From contig CBDCJV010000002.1 in NCBI GenBank assembly GCA_965217895.1, positions 224,001 to 288,000 on the forward strand: 64,000 nt of DNA, in the 5' to 3' direction. This stretch comes from Waterburya sp. (GTDB lineage: Bacteria; Cyanobacteriota; Cyanobacteriia; Cyanobacteriales; Xenococcaceae). A program made the position numbers and the translations under genes. Positions 30,767 to 41,391 of the stretch are shown one piece after another. Within the stretch, counting starts at the first letter, position 1; the number at the start of each line of letters is the position of its first letter. Below the pieces are notes generated by a model. The model did not search any database. It was not told the DNA's origin and was given only the letters and a program-made list of their open reading frames with translations.

Positions 30767-31080
30767 TAAATTTCAACCTTTTGACTTAGATTGAGCTTAA
30801 CGGATAGTGAACTTTGAGTAGAAATTTTTAATTACATCTGCTGTGCTTTTTCTGTGAGGTGCAGCTTTTTTAATTTAAAACTAAGCTCGAAAAACGATGG
30901 TGTAATGCTCACTAAAAATGTATATCCAAAGAAAGATGTCGCCTTCTCATAGCAATTATAAGCTTAAGATCATACCATTGAACATCAAACATTAGTGGTA
31001 TAAAAAAATACAGAATTAAATTAATTCTTCAAAAACTAAATTACCGATAAATCTCTAATAAATATTAACTAGGAGTTCTT

Positions 31081-31461
31081 ATGAATTTAACAAAATTAGC
31101 CACTGCTACTATTATTAGTCTTAGTCTTGCTTTGCCTACTGGAGCAGCATTAGCTCAAGATAAAAATGGAACTGTTGACCAAAACCTAAACCAAGCTGGA
31201 CAAAACGCCGATAATGCTGGAGAAAATCTTAAAGATGCAGGCGGTGCTTTGGGCAAAGGTGTTAAAAATACTGGTCAAGCAGCAGGACAAGGTTTAGAAA
31301 ATGCTGGAAATGCCATTGAAGAAAAATCTAACTGGGGCTGGTTAGGCTTACTTGGTCTGATTGGTTTATTTGGTCTAGCTGGCGGCAAGAAAAATACTGT
31401 AGTCGAGCGTCGCGATGATTTAGGATTAAACGATCCCACTACTACTACTAGATATCGTTAA
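31081..31461 (+). CDS. WGxxGxxG-CTERM secreted/anchored protein
   Basis: Signal peptide, LEA-like repeats, NWGWLGLLGLIGLFGLAG motif. Confidence 0.85.
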   Translation: MNLTKLATATIISLSLALPTGAALAQDKNGTVDQNLNQAGQNADNAGENLKDAGGALGKGVKNTGQAAGQGLENAGNAIEEKSNWGWLGLLGLIGLFGLAGGKKNTVVERRDDLGLNDPTTTTRYR

Positions 31462-31568
31462 ACAGAAGTTAGTTATATTGCTGTAAATTAACAGCAAATT
31501 AAATATAGCTTGAACAAATAGTATTGAGGAAGAGCAAACTCTTCCTCTTTTTTTATGTAGCACTATCA

Positions 31569-31612
31569 ACTATCTTTAGATAGATACCGACAATACCAAA
31601 AAAAACTAGTCT
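31569..31612 (+). promoter_or_regulatory. representative copy of shared promoter: TCTATC-N4-GATAGA palindrome, 22 nt, then TANNNT
   Basis: ACTATC TTTA GATAGA, 22 nt, TAGTCT; same geometry at many other promoters (see findings). Confidence 0.75.
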
Positions 31613-31642
31613 AAGAGTTGAGAAGTAAATTTTAGGAAAGCA

Positions 31643-32425
31643 ATGGAAACATTTGCGCGTTTTGGTTATGCAGCAAAAGGATTTGTCTATGGAGCAATTG
31701 GTATTCTAGCCTTGATGGCAGCTTTTGATATTGGTGGAGGTGATGCTACTGATACTACGGGAGCTTTACAGGCGATCGCCCAACAGCCTTTTGGTAAAAT
31801 TTTGTTAGGGTTAATCGCCATTGGTTTAGTAGGATATGTTATTTGGCGATTTATCCAGGCTATTAAAGATCCTCGAAATAAAGGCTCTGATCTAAAAGGC
31901 ATATTTACTCGACTCGGCTACATTTTGAGCGGGATTGCTTATGCAGGTGTTGCAGCAAATGCAGCCTCATTAGCTATAGGCTCAAGCAGTGGTGGCGGTG
32001 GCAAATCTAAACAAGACTGGACAGCAATAGTAATGCAGCAACCACTGGGGAGATGGTTAGTTGGCATAGCTGGGGCGATAACTATCGGCATTGGTTTTTG
32101 GCGACTTTACCAAGCATACAAAATTAAGTTTCGCAAAAAACTAAACCTTAGTGAATTGAATTCTCAACAGCAAAATTGGTTAGTAAACGTTAGTCGTTTT
32201 GGCATTGCTGCTAGAGGAGTAGTGTTTGTCGCTTTAGGCTTTTTCATCTTACAGGCTGCTTATCAGTACGATCCTCAAAAAGTAAGAGGACTAGACGGCA
32301 TTTTACTTACCTTTGCTCAACAGCCTTTTGGTAAAGTTATTCTGGCTTTGGTTGCAGCAGGTTTAATTGCCTATGCAGCTTATCTTTTTATACAGGCTCG
32401 TTATAGTCGAATCAAAACCAGCTAA
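31643..32425 (+). CDS. DUF1206 domain membrane protein
   Basis: ARFGYAAKGFVY, QQPFG repeated, FGIAARGVVF. Confidence 0.88.
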   Translation: METFARFGYAAKGFVYGAIGILALMAAFDIGGGDATDTTGALQAIAQQPFGKILLGLIAIGLVGYVIWRFIQAIKDPRNKGSDLKGIFTRLGYILSGIAYAGVAANAASLAIGSSSGGGGKSKQDWTAIVMQQPLGRWLVGIAGAITIGIGFWRLYQAYKIKFRKKLNLSELNSQQQNWLVNVSRFGIAARGVVFVALGFFILQAAYQYDPQKVRGLDGILLTFAQQPFGKVILALVAAGLIAYAAYLFIQARYSRIKTS

Positions 32426-32437
32426 TAGAAGAGGTCA

Positions 32438-32563
32438 TACTAAATCCTATTCAAGTAGGTTACTTAACTGTTGGGTAGTAGGTAGTTTTCTTTAACTACC
32501 TACTACGAACGATCAACTTAACAAATTAATGTTTAAGATATTTTTCCCCAATCGGATTTAGTG
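32438..32563. mobile_element. MITE (IS630-derived, copy 2)
   Basis: TACTAAATCC ... AATCGGATTTAGTG; interior homologous to copies 1 and 3. Confidence 0.8.
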
Positions 32564-32587
32564 TCAGAGGTCAAAGGTCAGTGAACA

Positions 32588-33004
32588 TTAAGGTGATTTG
32601 TAGCTGGCTACCCGAATTATTAATTTTCCTTGCTGTGGATCGTGAGTAAAAATAAATTCGCCAGATCTTTTTTCTTGGCGGGATAAAAAATCAATTTCTT
32701 GTCTACCAGTCTCGGCTAGTTTATTATCCAACAATAGGCTAGCCGTAACTTCTACAGACTCTGCTGTTTCTCCTCCAGAATTACTGACCGTAAAAGGTAC
32801 GTAGTACTGTTGATTAATCTCTCTAATTTTAGAGTCTGTAGCGATCGCCAGAATTGGTGGGTTAGTGTCTCCCGTAATCCAAGCAAAACATATTAAGGCG
32901 ACAAGAATACCTACAATTGAAAGAGAAACACCAAAGCTAACTCTTTCAGCCATTGATTTACTTTGCCAACCTCTACGCGATCGCCTTCTCGATTTTTCTT
33001 GCAT
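32588..33004 (-). CDS. TIGR02588 family protein
   Basis: AERVSF, VPFTVSNSGGETAESVEV, F.F..DP, RVASYK.P; adjacent to TIGR02587. Confidence 0.85.
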   Translation of the reverse strand: MQEKSRRRSRRGWQSKSMAERVSFGVSLSIVGILVALICFAWITGDTNPPILAIATDSKIREINQQYYVPFTVSNSGGETAESVEVTASLLLDNKLAETGRQEIDFLSRQEKRSGEFIFTHDPQQGKLIIRVASYKSP

Positions 33005-33029
33005 TGCTTAACGTTATAAAAATACTATT

Positions 33030-33932
33030 TCAGACTGCCAAACGTCCTGCTGCACCGCCAACTGCTGCTGGTAAACCTAGAATAATGCTGTAGCGTAGCC
33101 AGACAAACCAAGGATCGCTAAAGGCTATTTTTTGAAAAAACCATAGCATTAACATTCCTGTTAGCAAAGATATTAAGTATGATACAACAGTTTCACTTTG
33201 GGGAGATTGAAAGAGTCCCTGCTGCTGACGACGCTGCTTAGAATTGGTAATATTAGAAGCAAAAACAATACCGTAAGAAATTAGTAAAGAAGCTGCCACA
33301 ATAAGTAATAGCCAAAAGGGAGAAGCGGAAGCTGCTAGTACAGTCACTTCATCTGTAGGTGCAATACTAAAGGCAATAAATAAAGCTCCAATCAAGGTGG
33401 CACTAAAGTCGGCTATAGTATCTTGCCAAACTAATCGATCTACAGTATCAGTCTGAGATTTGTTTGGCTTGCGTCGATCTGAATCAACTTCAGATTCATC
33501 GCCCAAAAGCGATCGCGAAAAAGTGACTCCCAAAGAAAAAGGTACGCCTTCAAATACTATTTTGCCTAATGCTTCGCTTAAAGATGTGTGTAAATCGATG
33601 CGCTGTAAAATAATTAACATCATGGTAGCGCAGGTAATACCGATTGCTAAGGTTTCTATAGTTTCGGCGATCGCACCTAGTAAAGTATCACTTTCTTGAG
33701 GACGAAATCCTTCGATGCGATTAAACAAGAAAACAATGATCAGGGTAAGTGCTAATATGCCCAGTAATATTGCTGGTTGAACATAAGAGCCAATAAACCA
33801 GACTTCCATTGTATACAGAAGAGGAATTCCAAAAAGAAAGCCTCCAGATGCTCCGCTAACAATTTCTTTTATTTCGTCCCGCCAATTATCTCCTCGAGGA
33901 GCGTTATGGCGATTTTTGCTTTGTTTTTTCAC
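33030..33932 (-). CDS. TIGR02587 (DUF2391) family membrane protein
   Basis: GGFLFGIPLLYTMEVW, IAPTDEV, LGLPAAVGGAAGRLAV. Confidence 0.88.
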   Translation of the reverse strand: MKKQSKNRHNAPRGDNWRDEIKEIVSGASGGFLFGIPLLYTMEVWFIGSYVQPAILLGILALTLIIVFLFNRIEGFRPQESDTLLGAIAETIETLAIGITCATMMLIILQRIDLHTSLSEALGKIVFEGVPFSLGVTFSRSLLGDESEVDSDRRKPNKSQTDTVDRLVWQDTIADFSATLIGALFIAFSIAPTDEVTVLAASASPFWLLLIVAASLLISYGIVFASNITNSKQRRQQQGLFQSPQSETVVSYLISLLTGMLMLWFFQKIAFSDPWFVWLRYSIILGLPAAVGGAAGRLAV

Positions 33933-34029
33933 ATACTATGTATTTTTTTGTCAGCAAAAAGGTCGGTAAACGACCGTATTTTATGATAAATTACCGACCT
34001 TATATGTTAACGTCAACCAAGCTTATTGA

Positions 34030-34230
34030 TTAACGAGCTTCTGTACCTTGATTAGGAGAACCTGGAGTTTCGGATCTAGCACCAGGTGCTTCAGGTGCTG
34101 CATTTTTGGTTTCTTGCTTTACACCTTGTCCTGTTAAACGTTGTTCTGGATCTACAGGAGTTTGATATCCACCATCCGCAGCAGGAGTTGCTGTTTCTTT
34201 ATCTGTTTCTTTTTCTTTTGAATCTGCCAT
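34030..34230 (-). CDS. small hydrophilic disordered protein
   Basis: 66-aa ORF with AGGT RBS and an upstream copy of the shared promoter palindrome. Confidence 0.6.
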   Translation of the reverse strand: MADSKEKETDKETATPAADGGYQTPVDPEQRLTGQGVKQETKNAAPEAPGARSETPGSPNQGTEAR

Positions 34231-34472
34231 GATTTTTACCTATTGACATTGTTGTTAGCTATTAATAGTATTTAAGTTTTTTTCAATCATCAAAACTATC
34301 TTGAGATAGAGATGAACTGTGCCTTTAATACAAAGGTTCTATAGTACAAACAACTATATCTATAGTCATATACTATAGAAAAAATAGATATCTCATTGGT
34401 TAGATGTAAGTATATTCAACCAACAATAATATGAGAGTTGAAATTATTTAATAATTTGAGAAAGAAATAATT

Positions 34473-35447
34473 ATGGCATTAGCAAAAATTGCAGATTTAT
34501 ATCCTAATTACAAAGAAGATATTTTTGGTGGCGAAGATATCAAAGATTTTTCAGTATATGACCTTAATAATGATAAAATTGGTTCAGTCTACGACATTAT
34601 TGTTGATGAAACTGGTAGTTTTCGCTACCTAGTTTTGGACACTGGATTTTGGATTTTTGGTAAAAAGGTTTTGTTACCAGTAGGTAAAGCAAACGTTGAT
34701 TATAGCCAACGCCGAGTCTATGCCAAGGGCTTAACCAAAGACCAAGCGGAAAGCTTGCCCGAATATAGCGATGATATGACCGTCGATCATGATTACGAAG
34801 AAAGAGTCAGAAGAGTATATCGCGGTGTGGGATATGATGACACAAATACAGTTCGCGATGGAGTAGCACAAGAATACGATAGCGGTGCTTATAACACTAC
34901 CACAGCCAATGACTACACTTACGATCGTGAGCCAGATTTATACTCTCATCAAGAAGCAGACGGTCTTCAAAGCCTAAAACTTTATGAAGAGCGTTTAGTA
35001 GCCAACAAAGAACGTTTCCGTGCAGGTTCGGTAACAGTAGGAAAAAGAGTTGAAACTGAGACAGCAAATGTCTCCGTCCCTGTAGAAAAAGAAAGAGTTG
35101 TGATTGAGCGTACCACACCTACTACTAATGATGTGGTTACACCTGGAGAAGCTGCCTTTGGCGGAGGCGAAGTTGCTCGTGTAGAACTATATGAAGAGAC
35201 TGCTGATATTCAAAAGCAAGCATTTGTTAGAGAAGAAGTAAGCGTTCGCAAAGAAGTAGAGAAAGATATTGTATCTGCTAACGAAACCATACGTCGTGAA
35301 GAACTTGATGTGGAAACAGACGGTGATGCCGTTGTCAACAGAAACATTGACGGAGACGAAGATATTAACAGAAATAGAGATATTGACAGAAATAGAGATA
35401 TTGACAGAAATAGAGATATTGACAGAAACAGAAGAGACAACATCTAA
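34473..35447 (+). CDS. PRC-barrel + DUF2382 (YsnF/AvaK-like) protein
   Basis: PRC barrel (KIGSVYDIIVD, RYLVLDTGFWIFGKKVLLPVG) and LYEERLV, REEV.V.KE, RREEL. Confidence 0.9.
   Translation: MALAKIADLYPNYKEDIFGGEDIKDFSVYDLNNDKIGSVYDIIVDETGSFRYLVLDTGFWIFGKKVLLPVGKANVDYSQRRVYAKGLTKDQAESLPEYSDDMTVDHDYEERVRRVYRGVGYDDTNTVRDGVAQEYDSGAYNTTTANDYTYDREPDLYSHQEADGLQSLKLYEERLVANKERFRAGSVTVGKRVETETANVSVPVEKERVVIERTTPTTNDVVTPGEAAFGGGEVARVELYEETADIQKQAFVREEVSVRKEVEKDIVSANETIRREELDVETDGDAVVNRNIDGDEDINRNRDIDRNRDIDRNRDIDRNRRDNI
35361..35432 (+). repeat. 18-bp coding tandem repeat x4 (DIDRNR)
   Basis: GATATTGACAGAAATAGA units. Confidence 0.9.
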
Positions 35448-35476
35448 GTTACGGATTATTTAATCTTTTCATAGTA

Positions 35477-35517
35477 AATGCAGGTAGGTATTAAACCCTA
35501 CCTGCATTTATTTTTTG
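35477..35517 (+). terminator. intrinsic terminator
   Basis: ATGCAGGTAGG-loop-CCTACCTGCAT followed by a T tract. Confidence 0.75.
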
Positions 35518-35543
35518 TCTGTAGTTTTATATTAGCGATCTCA

Positions 35544-35693
35544 TACTAAATCTTGTTGGTATAGGTTACTTAACTGTTGGATTAAGAAGTAGGTAGTAGG
35601 TAGTTAGTCGCTTGTAGTTTTTTGGAATTACGAACTACAAACTACGAACAACTAACTTAATACTTAAGATGCTTTTTCCAATCGGATTTAGTA
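35544..35693. mobile_element. MITE (IS630-derived, copy 3)
   Basis: TACTAAATC ... AATCGGATTTAGTA; heptamer TAGTAGG/ACTACGA repeats inside. Confidence 0.8.
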
Positions 35694-35707
35694 TCATCCC
35701 TACACCC

Positions 35708-35831
35708 CAATACCGTTCGGTTAAGCCCCCCAGCCCCCAAATTTGGGGGAGTAAGATTCGTTAAAGTCCTCCAAGATTGGGGGATTTAGGGGGCGAACGA
35801 AATAACTTGAAAGACTAACCGAACAGTATTG
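35708..35831. mobile_element. MITE with ~16-bp TIRs and 10-bp target duplication (IS4-type, Nezha-like)
   Basis: CAATACCGTTCGGTTA ... TAACCGAACAGTATTG flanked by direct repeat CCCTACACCC (35698-35707, 35832-35841). Confidence 0.8.
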
Positions 35832-36152
35832 CCCTACACCCTATCCTACCTACTCACGAGCCAACAGTTTTGCGAATAATCATTAACAATAGTATTTATG
35901 ATCTTGACAACAAAAAGTAAATAAATAATAATCATCTAAATAATAAAAATGAAAATCTTGATAAGATAATTTAAGGCGATCGCCAAGCTAGTCAAAGGCA
36001 TCATCTATCTTTAAATTTAATTAAAAATAACTTAATAAAAACTAACTCAATAAATTACGACTTATTATCTAAATTAGGGCAATAAGAATTTTATTGTTTC
36101 ATTCTAGTTAAGCGTCGGTCGTTTCTTAATTAAGAAAAATCAAAAATGGACT

Positions 36153-36572
36153 ATGAAAAAACTATCAAATACAGAATTAGAGGTTGAGCCGATTCCTCTG
36201 ATCCTATCAGTGGAAGACGATCTAGATAATCAGCTACTAATCAAATATATAACTGCCATGTATGGTTGGAGATCCATATTTGCAGCTAATGCTTTAGAGG
36301 CGATTAGCATGGCTAAAAAACATCAACCAGATTTAATTTTGCTAGACATTGTTTTACCTGACATTAGCGGATTACAGATAGCAATGATGCTTAAAACACA
36401 CCATGAAACTCGCAGCATACCTTTAATTGCGGTTACAGGATTGTCTAGAAAACAAGAAAAAGACCTGATCTTTGCAGCAGGTTTTGACGATTATGTTTGC
36501 AAACCTTATGCTTTTAGTGAACTACAAACGGCGATCGCATCGCATCTGAGAAATAAGCTGGCTGCAATTTAG
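36153..36572 (+). CDS. single-domain response regulator (DivK/CheY-like)
   Basis: VEDD, PDLILLDIVLPDISG, AVTG, KP. Confidence 0.88.
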   Translation: MKKLSNTELEVEPIPLILSVEDDLDNQLLIKYITAMYGWRSIFAANALEAISMAKKHQPDLILLDIVLPDISGLQIAMMLKTHHETRSIPLIAVTGLSRKQEKDLIFAAGFDDYVCKPYAFSELQTAIASHLRNKLAAI

Positions 36573-36618
36573 AATTACTAATTACTATATATTTGTAGAG
36601 GCGATCGCAATTCTAAAG

Positions 36619-37506
36619 TTACCCTGCCATACTTGATAAATTGATCGCTCTTTTTTGCAGCAGTTTCATGGCTTTATTTTTAATCTGTCTGACTCTTTCT
36701 CTGCTAATACCACACACCTCGCCAATTTGTTCATAGGTCATAATTTTGCCGTCTTTCAAACCATAACGTAAGATAATTACGTCTCGCTGCTTGGGAGATA
36801 GGGTGTGTAGCAAATTTTCAATCTTGTCAATAATTTCTTTTTCGGATACAAAATCTGCTGGAGAATCAGAATCGTCTGACAAAATTTGTCCTAATTCTGT
36901 TTTATTCTCATCAATAGTAGCGTTTAAGCTTTTCGGTTTGGTAATTCGTGCAGTTTGAGCTAAAGTTCTCAATTTATCAATGTCCATATCCAATTCCGCT
37001 GCTATTTCGCTATCGGTTGGTTTGCGTCCTAGGGTTTGTGAAAGCTGGCGAGTAGTTTTCTTTACTTTATTTAGATCTTGGGTAATATGAATTGGTAAAC
37101 GAATAGTACGAGCCGAATTAGCGATCGCTCTGGTCATTGCTTGCCTAATCCACCAGTAGCTATAGGTAGAAAATTTATAACCTTTGCTAGGATCGAACTT
37201 TTCAGCCGCTCTCATTAGACCAATACTACCTTCTTGGATCAAATCCAGTATAGATAAACCACGATTCTGATATTTTTTAGCTACTGAAACTACCAAACGT
37301 AAATTTGCCTGAGTCATTCTCTTTTTAGCCAACTGACCCTGTTGCACTATTCTTGCTTCTTCTGGGGTTAGGTCTTCTTTCTCGTTTAAAGACAGCATCG
37401 CTTGAATTTGATTAGCAAGCGTGACTTCTTCTTCTGAACTTAATAAAGGAGTACGACCAATTTCTTTTAAGTAGCTAGCTATGCTGTTGTTAGAAATAGT
37501 TACCAT
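36619..37506 (-). CDS. RNA polymerase sigma factor, sigma-70 group-2-like
   Basis: [52 protein letters not shown]; no region 1.1. Confidence 0.9.
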   Translation of the reverse strand: MVTISNNSIASYLKEIGRTPLLSSEEEVTLANQIQAMLSLNEKEDLTPEEARIVQQGQLAKKRMTQANLRLVVSVAKKYQNRGLSILDLIQEGSIGLMRAAEKFDPSKGYKFSTYSYWWIRQAMTRAIANSARTIRLPIHITQDLNKVKKTTRQLSQTLGRKPTDSEIAAELDMDIDKLRTLAQTARITKPKSLNATIDENKTELGQILSDDSDSPADFVSEKEIIDKIENLLHTLSPKQRDVIILRYGLKDGKIMTYEQIGEVCGISRERVRQIKNKAMKLLQKRAINLSSMAG

Positions 37507-37589
37507 GATTAGCTTAATTTACTTAGTATATTTGTTTGACGGTTTATTGTGGGTATGGAGATAGTGACAAAAGATAATACCTGTAACTT

Positions 37590-37835
37590 TTAAATTTCTG
37601 AACAAGAAATAACGTCTGTAATTACCCCAGCACTTGTTTGCTGAGAAATTTCTAGTTCGCAGTCATCGTTTGCTTCAAAGATAAAATTTTCGCCAGGGAA
37701 AATAACTCGCTCACAATGTCGTTCAACTAGTCCGCAAATACGGGTAATAGCGATGCTACCCGTGTTATTTTTGTAACAATACATCTTTTGAGAATCAAGA
37801 CTAGAATCGTTTGGCAGAAATACTTTAGTCATCAT
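37590..37835 (-). CDS. DUF1830 domain protein
   Basis: CY.N.T..I.I.RI, ERVIFPGE...FEA, D.I.C pattern. Confidence 0.75.
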   Translation of the reverse strand: MMTKVFLPNDSSLDSQKMYCYKNNTGSIAITRICGLVERHCERVIFPGENFIFEANDDCELEISQQTSAGVITDVISCSEI

Positions 37836-38139
37836 TAGAAGGTTGTCGATCTGGCGTAACCTCACCAGAAAAAAACACTAAAGGTTTTTTAAACTACACC
37901 TAATTATTCCAATAATGATCGTTATTCGTAATCATCCGCTAGTTATAAAGCTTGTTTTCTTAGTAGGCTATGAGAAAATGTTTGTAAAGCAAATATTAAG
38001 GATGGAGAAGATGGAGGAGAAACTCCAAACACTCCAAATACGACCCTACCCAACAGCAGTAGAATTTTTTTTTCTTTTTGCAAACAGTCTTTGAGATATA
38101 TGACCTTGTTCAAATTAACTAAATTTAGGCTATTTCAAT

Positions 38140-38949
38140 TTATTCTCCCGCAGACCAGGGTTGGAGAAAATCAGGATATAAAGTCAAACCGCCGTCTACA
38201 AATAGAGTTTGACCAGTAATATAGGCTGCGTCATCAGAAGTCAAAAAAGCTGTAATAGCTGCCATTTCTTCAGAAGTTCCAACTCTACCCATAGGAATAT
38301 GACTTTCTACTTCTTTTAGTTTTTGAGGATCTTCAGTCCAGCTATTGATTGGTGTGGCGGTAGCACCAGGCGCGATCGCATTGACGCGAATACCGTAAGG
38401 TGCATATTCTAAAGCCAGAGTTTTGGTCATATTTTCCATGCCACCTTTGCTAATTGAGTAGCTGACGTAGGTAGGACGAGGAATAATTTCATGGACGCTA
38501 GAAACATTAATGATAATTCCCTGGCTGCCACGGTTTAAAAAGTGCTTGATAGCTTCTCTGGCACAAAGATAAGCACCTCGCAGATTAACCTGAATTACTT
38601 TGTCAAAGTCTTCAGTTTTTAGTTCATGGGAAGGTGCAGCAGTTTGAATACCCGCATTATTAATCAGAATATCTAGGCTACCTAGTTGATTGACTGTCTC
38701 ACTGCACATCCGCACGATATCTGCTTCCTCAGACACATCACCTTCTACGGCAATTGTTTTACCAGTACAGCCTTCAGATGGCGAACACATCTGGGCGATC
38801 AATTCTTTGGTGGAGTCAAGCTTTTCAGGGTCGTTACGATAATTGAGTGCCACATTAGCACCTTCTGTAATATAGTAAGCTGCGATCGCCTGTCCAATAC
38901 CCGAAGTTGCCCCTGTGACTAGAACGTTTTTACCTTTAATACCCTTCAT
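38140..38949 (-). CDS. SDR oxidoreductase, glucose 1-dehydrogenase type
   Basis: TGATSGIG, NNAG, SSVHE, YSISK, ITGQTLFVDGG. Confidence 0.88.
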   Translation of the reverse strand: MKGIKGKNVLVTGATSGIGQAIAAYYITEGANVALNYRNDPEKLDSTKELIAQMCSPSEGCTGKTIAVEGDVSEEADIVRMCSETVNQLGSLDILINNAGIQTAAPSHELKTEDFDKVIQVNLRGAYLCAREAIKHFLNRGSQGIIINVSSVHEIIPRPTYVSYSISKGGMENMTKTLALEYAPYGIRVNAIAPGATATPINSWTEDPQKLKEVESHIPMGRVGTSEEMAAITAFLTSDDAAYITGQTLFVDGGLTLYPDFLQPWSAGE

Positions 38950-39163
38950 TTATTAATCAACTTGATTACTAATCTGCTTGTCAACAATCATGTAGCAAAT
39001 TAATTTGCCGTTGCATCCCTCTTTGGTAGCAAATGTATTATCTCTATATCCTGAGATAGAAATATAAACTTTAACTTAGTAATTTTCTGCTTGCGGATAG
39101 AATTGTTTATTAAAAGTATTGCTATAGTCTGTGACAGGACAGGATAACCAGAATATATATTTT

Positions 39164-40177
39164 ATGAATTCACTTAGCCCTTTACAAACCGTCACGCAGC
39201 AATTGACCTCAATGGTCAAAAGTACGATTCAATTGTTGCCGAATATATTAATCGCGGTTGTTGTCTTTATTATCTTCTGGTTTATTGCCAGATTTTCCCG
39301 CAGGTTAATTAAAAATTTTACTAAGCGTAAAAAGTCCCGTAATTTAGGTCTGGTTTTAGCTAGGCTTTCCCAAGGATTGATTATCTTAGTCGGTGCTTTT
39401 ATTGCCTTAGCAATTATTATTCCTTCTTTTAAGCCAGGAGATTTGGTACAGCTATTAGGAGTTAGTGGGGTTGCCGTCGGTTTTGCTTTCCGCGATATTT
39501 TGCAGAATTTTTTGGCAGGTATTTTAATTTTAATTACTGAACCTTTTGTCATCGATGACCAGATAGTATTTAATGACTTTGAAGGTACGGTAGAAGAGAT
39601 TCAAACCCGCGCTACTATGATTAGAACCTACGATGGGACTAGAATTGTAATTCCTAATGCCGAGCTATTTACCAACTCAGTGAAGGTGAATACAGCTTTT
39701 GAAAAACGTCGTTTGCAGTATGATATCGGCATTGGCTATGGTGACGATATTGCCCAAGCCAAGAAAATCATCTTAGATGTACTCCACGACGATCCTCAAG
39801 CTATATCAGATCCACCTCCTGAAGCATTGGTAGTAGAGTTAGCCGATAGCACCGTCAATATTCGCGCTCGCTGGTGGATTAATCCTCCTCGTCGTGCCGA
39901 AGCCATAGACTCTCAAGATATGGTATTAACCGAGTTGTGTAACAGACTAGTAGCTGCTGGTATCGATCTACCTTTCCCCACTCAGCAAATCTTGTTCCAC
40001 GATCAAACAGAAGAGACAGATGGCGATCGCGCTCGTCAAAGAGAAGGCTGGCCCTCGGTTAAAGGTAACAATCCCAAAGCTAGGGGTATTAGCGATTCTC
40101 TGCGACAATTAGCTAAAATACCTAGTAGTAAAGAAGATGACAAGAATAATAACAATGACAATGTACGTCACGGCTAA
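39164..40177 (+). CDS. MscS family mechanosensitive channel
   Basis: GFAFRDILQNFLAG, PF...DQI, IPNAELF. Confidence 0.9.
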   Translation: MNSLSPLQTVTQQLTSMVKSTIQLLPNILIAVVVFIIFWFIARFSRRLIKNFTKRKKSRNLGLVLARLSQGLIILVGAFIALAIIIPSFKPGDLVQLLGVSGVAVGFAFRDILQNFLAGILILITEPFVIDDQIVFNDFEGTVEEIQTRATMIRTYDGTRIVIPNAELFTNSVKVNTAFEKRRLQYDIGIGYGDDIAQAKKIILDVLHDDPQAISDPPPEALVVELADSTVNIRARWWINPPRRAEAIDSQDMVLTELCNRLVAAGIDLPFPTQQILFHDQTEETDGDRARQREGWPSVKGNNPKARGISDSLRQLAKIPSSKEDDKNNNNDNVRHG

Positions 40178-40179
40178 TT

Positions 40180-41385
40180 ATGTTCAAGGGATTTAAAAGC
40201 TGGCTGGCTGATAGTCGTAATTTTATCTTTTCTCGGTATACCAAAGACTCCGAAGAAACCCAAGAGCCTGAAAAATCGCTAATTGAATTGCCACCAGAAG
40301 TGCAAAAAAAGCTGGTTGAAGATACTGAAAACCTGCCTAGCAACCCTGCCGATCAAAAAGCGATCGTCGATGCTTTGGATGAAGCTTTTGAACGTTGGCA
40401 GGCTAATCCAAATAACAGCAACAATTCGATAGTTATTCTTAGTAGTCCCGTGGCTGCGGTGTCCCGTATACTATCAGAGACACTAGAAGACTGGACAAAG
40501 CAAAAGCAAATACCGATGAAGCTTTTACCTATGAAAGCTAGACCAATTGCTGCGGAGAAGATTAAATCTAAATTAGAGCATTATCTCAAGCAACAACAGC
40601 CTGAAAATGATGATCCCCAAGAGCAACAGCCAGAGGTAATAGTAATTCCTAACCTTAGCTGGTGTTTTTTGCGATCGCTTGAAGGTTTAGAAGGAATTGA
40701 ATATTTACAGTCATTATTGTGTGATGGCTCTGAAAATCGCTTCTGGATTATTGGCGGAGGTCAAGTAGGATGGGAATATTTAAACTCAGTCTGCAATCTA
40801 GAGGCATATTGCGGAAAAACAATGACGCTACCTAAAATTGAGTCTGAAGAATTTCAAGAATGGCTTGAGCCAATCATTGAGGATTTAGATATTACTTTTG
40901 ATAAGCCAGGCATTGATAAACAGCTTTTAGAAGGTGACAAGTCAAATAAAACCAATTATTTCAATCGTCTAGCCGATATTTCAGAAGGAATTAGCACTGT
41001 CGCCGTACAGGCTTTTTTAAAATCAATTCACTATCAAGAAATAGATGAAGTTGAGGATTTTTTAAAAGATATTGAAACAGATGTAGAACATAAGCTATCT
41101 GAAAAAATTGTAGTGGCTCAAATTCCGCACTTACCCGATCTACCCGATCTAGAGCTAGCAGACCAATATCTTTTGTACTCTCTTTTACTTCATGGAGACA
41201 TAACCATATCGGCCTTAGCTGAAAGTCTGGGAGACGAGAGATCGCAAGTACAAAACAGAGTTTTAGTGCTGCGTCATCAGGGTGTAGTGGAACAACAAGA
41301 AAAAGTTATTAAAATAAATCCCATCTACTATCCCAAGATTAAACGCGAATTAGCACAAAATAACTTTGTCATAAATAGGGATTAG
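40180..41385 (+). CDS. hypothetical protein, degenerate P-loop-like core with C-terminal winged helix
   Basis: Closely coupled between two mscS genes; LYSLLLHGDITISALAESLG helix-turn-helix-like end. Confidence 0.6.
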   Translation: MFKGFKSWLADSRNFIFSRYTKDSEETQEPEKSLIELPPEVQKKLVEDTENLPSNPADQKAIVDALDEAFERWQANPNNSNNSIVILSSPVAAVSRILSETLEDWTKQKQIPMKLLPMKARPIAAEKIKSKLEHYLKQQQPENDDPQEQQPEVIVIPNLSWCFLRSLEGLEGIEYLQSLLCDGSENRFWIIGGGQVGWEYLNSVCNLEAYCGKTMTLPKIESEEFQEWLEPIIEDLDITFDKPGIDKQLLEGDKSNKTNYFNRLADISEGISTVAVQAFLKSIHYQEIDEVEDFLKDIETDVEHKLSEKIVVAQIPHLPDLPDLELADQYLLYSLLLHGDITISALAESLGDERSQVQNRVLVLRHQGVVEQQEKVIKINPIYYPKIKRELAQNNFVINRD

Positions 41386-41391
41386 ATAACA

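Noticed and set aside
35361..35432. 18-bp tandem repeat as CRISPR or regulatory array
   Set aside because: No spacers; it is an in-frame coding repeat (DIDRNR).
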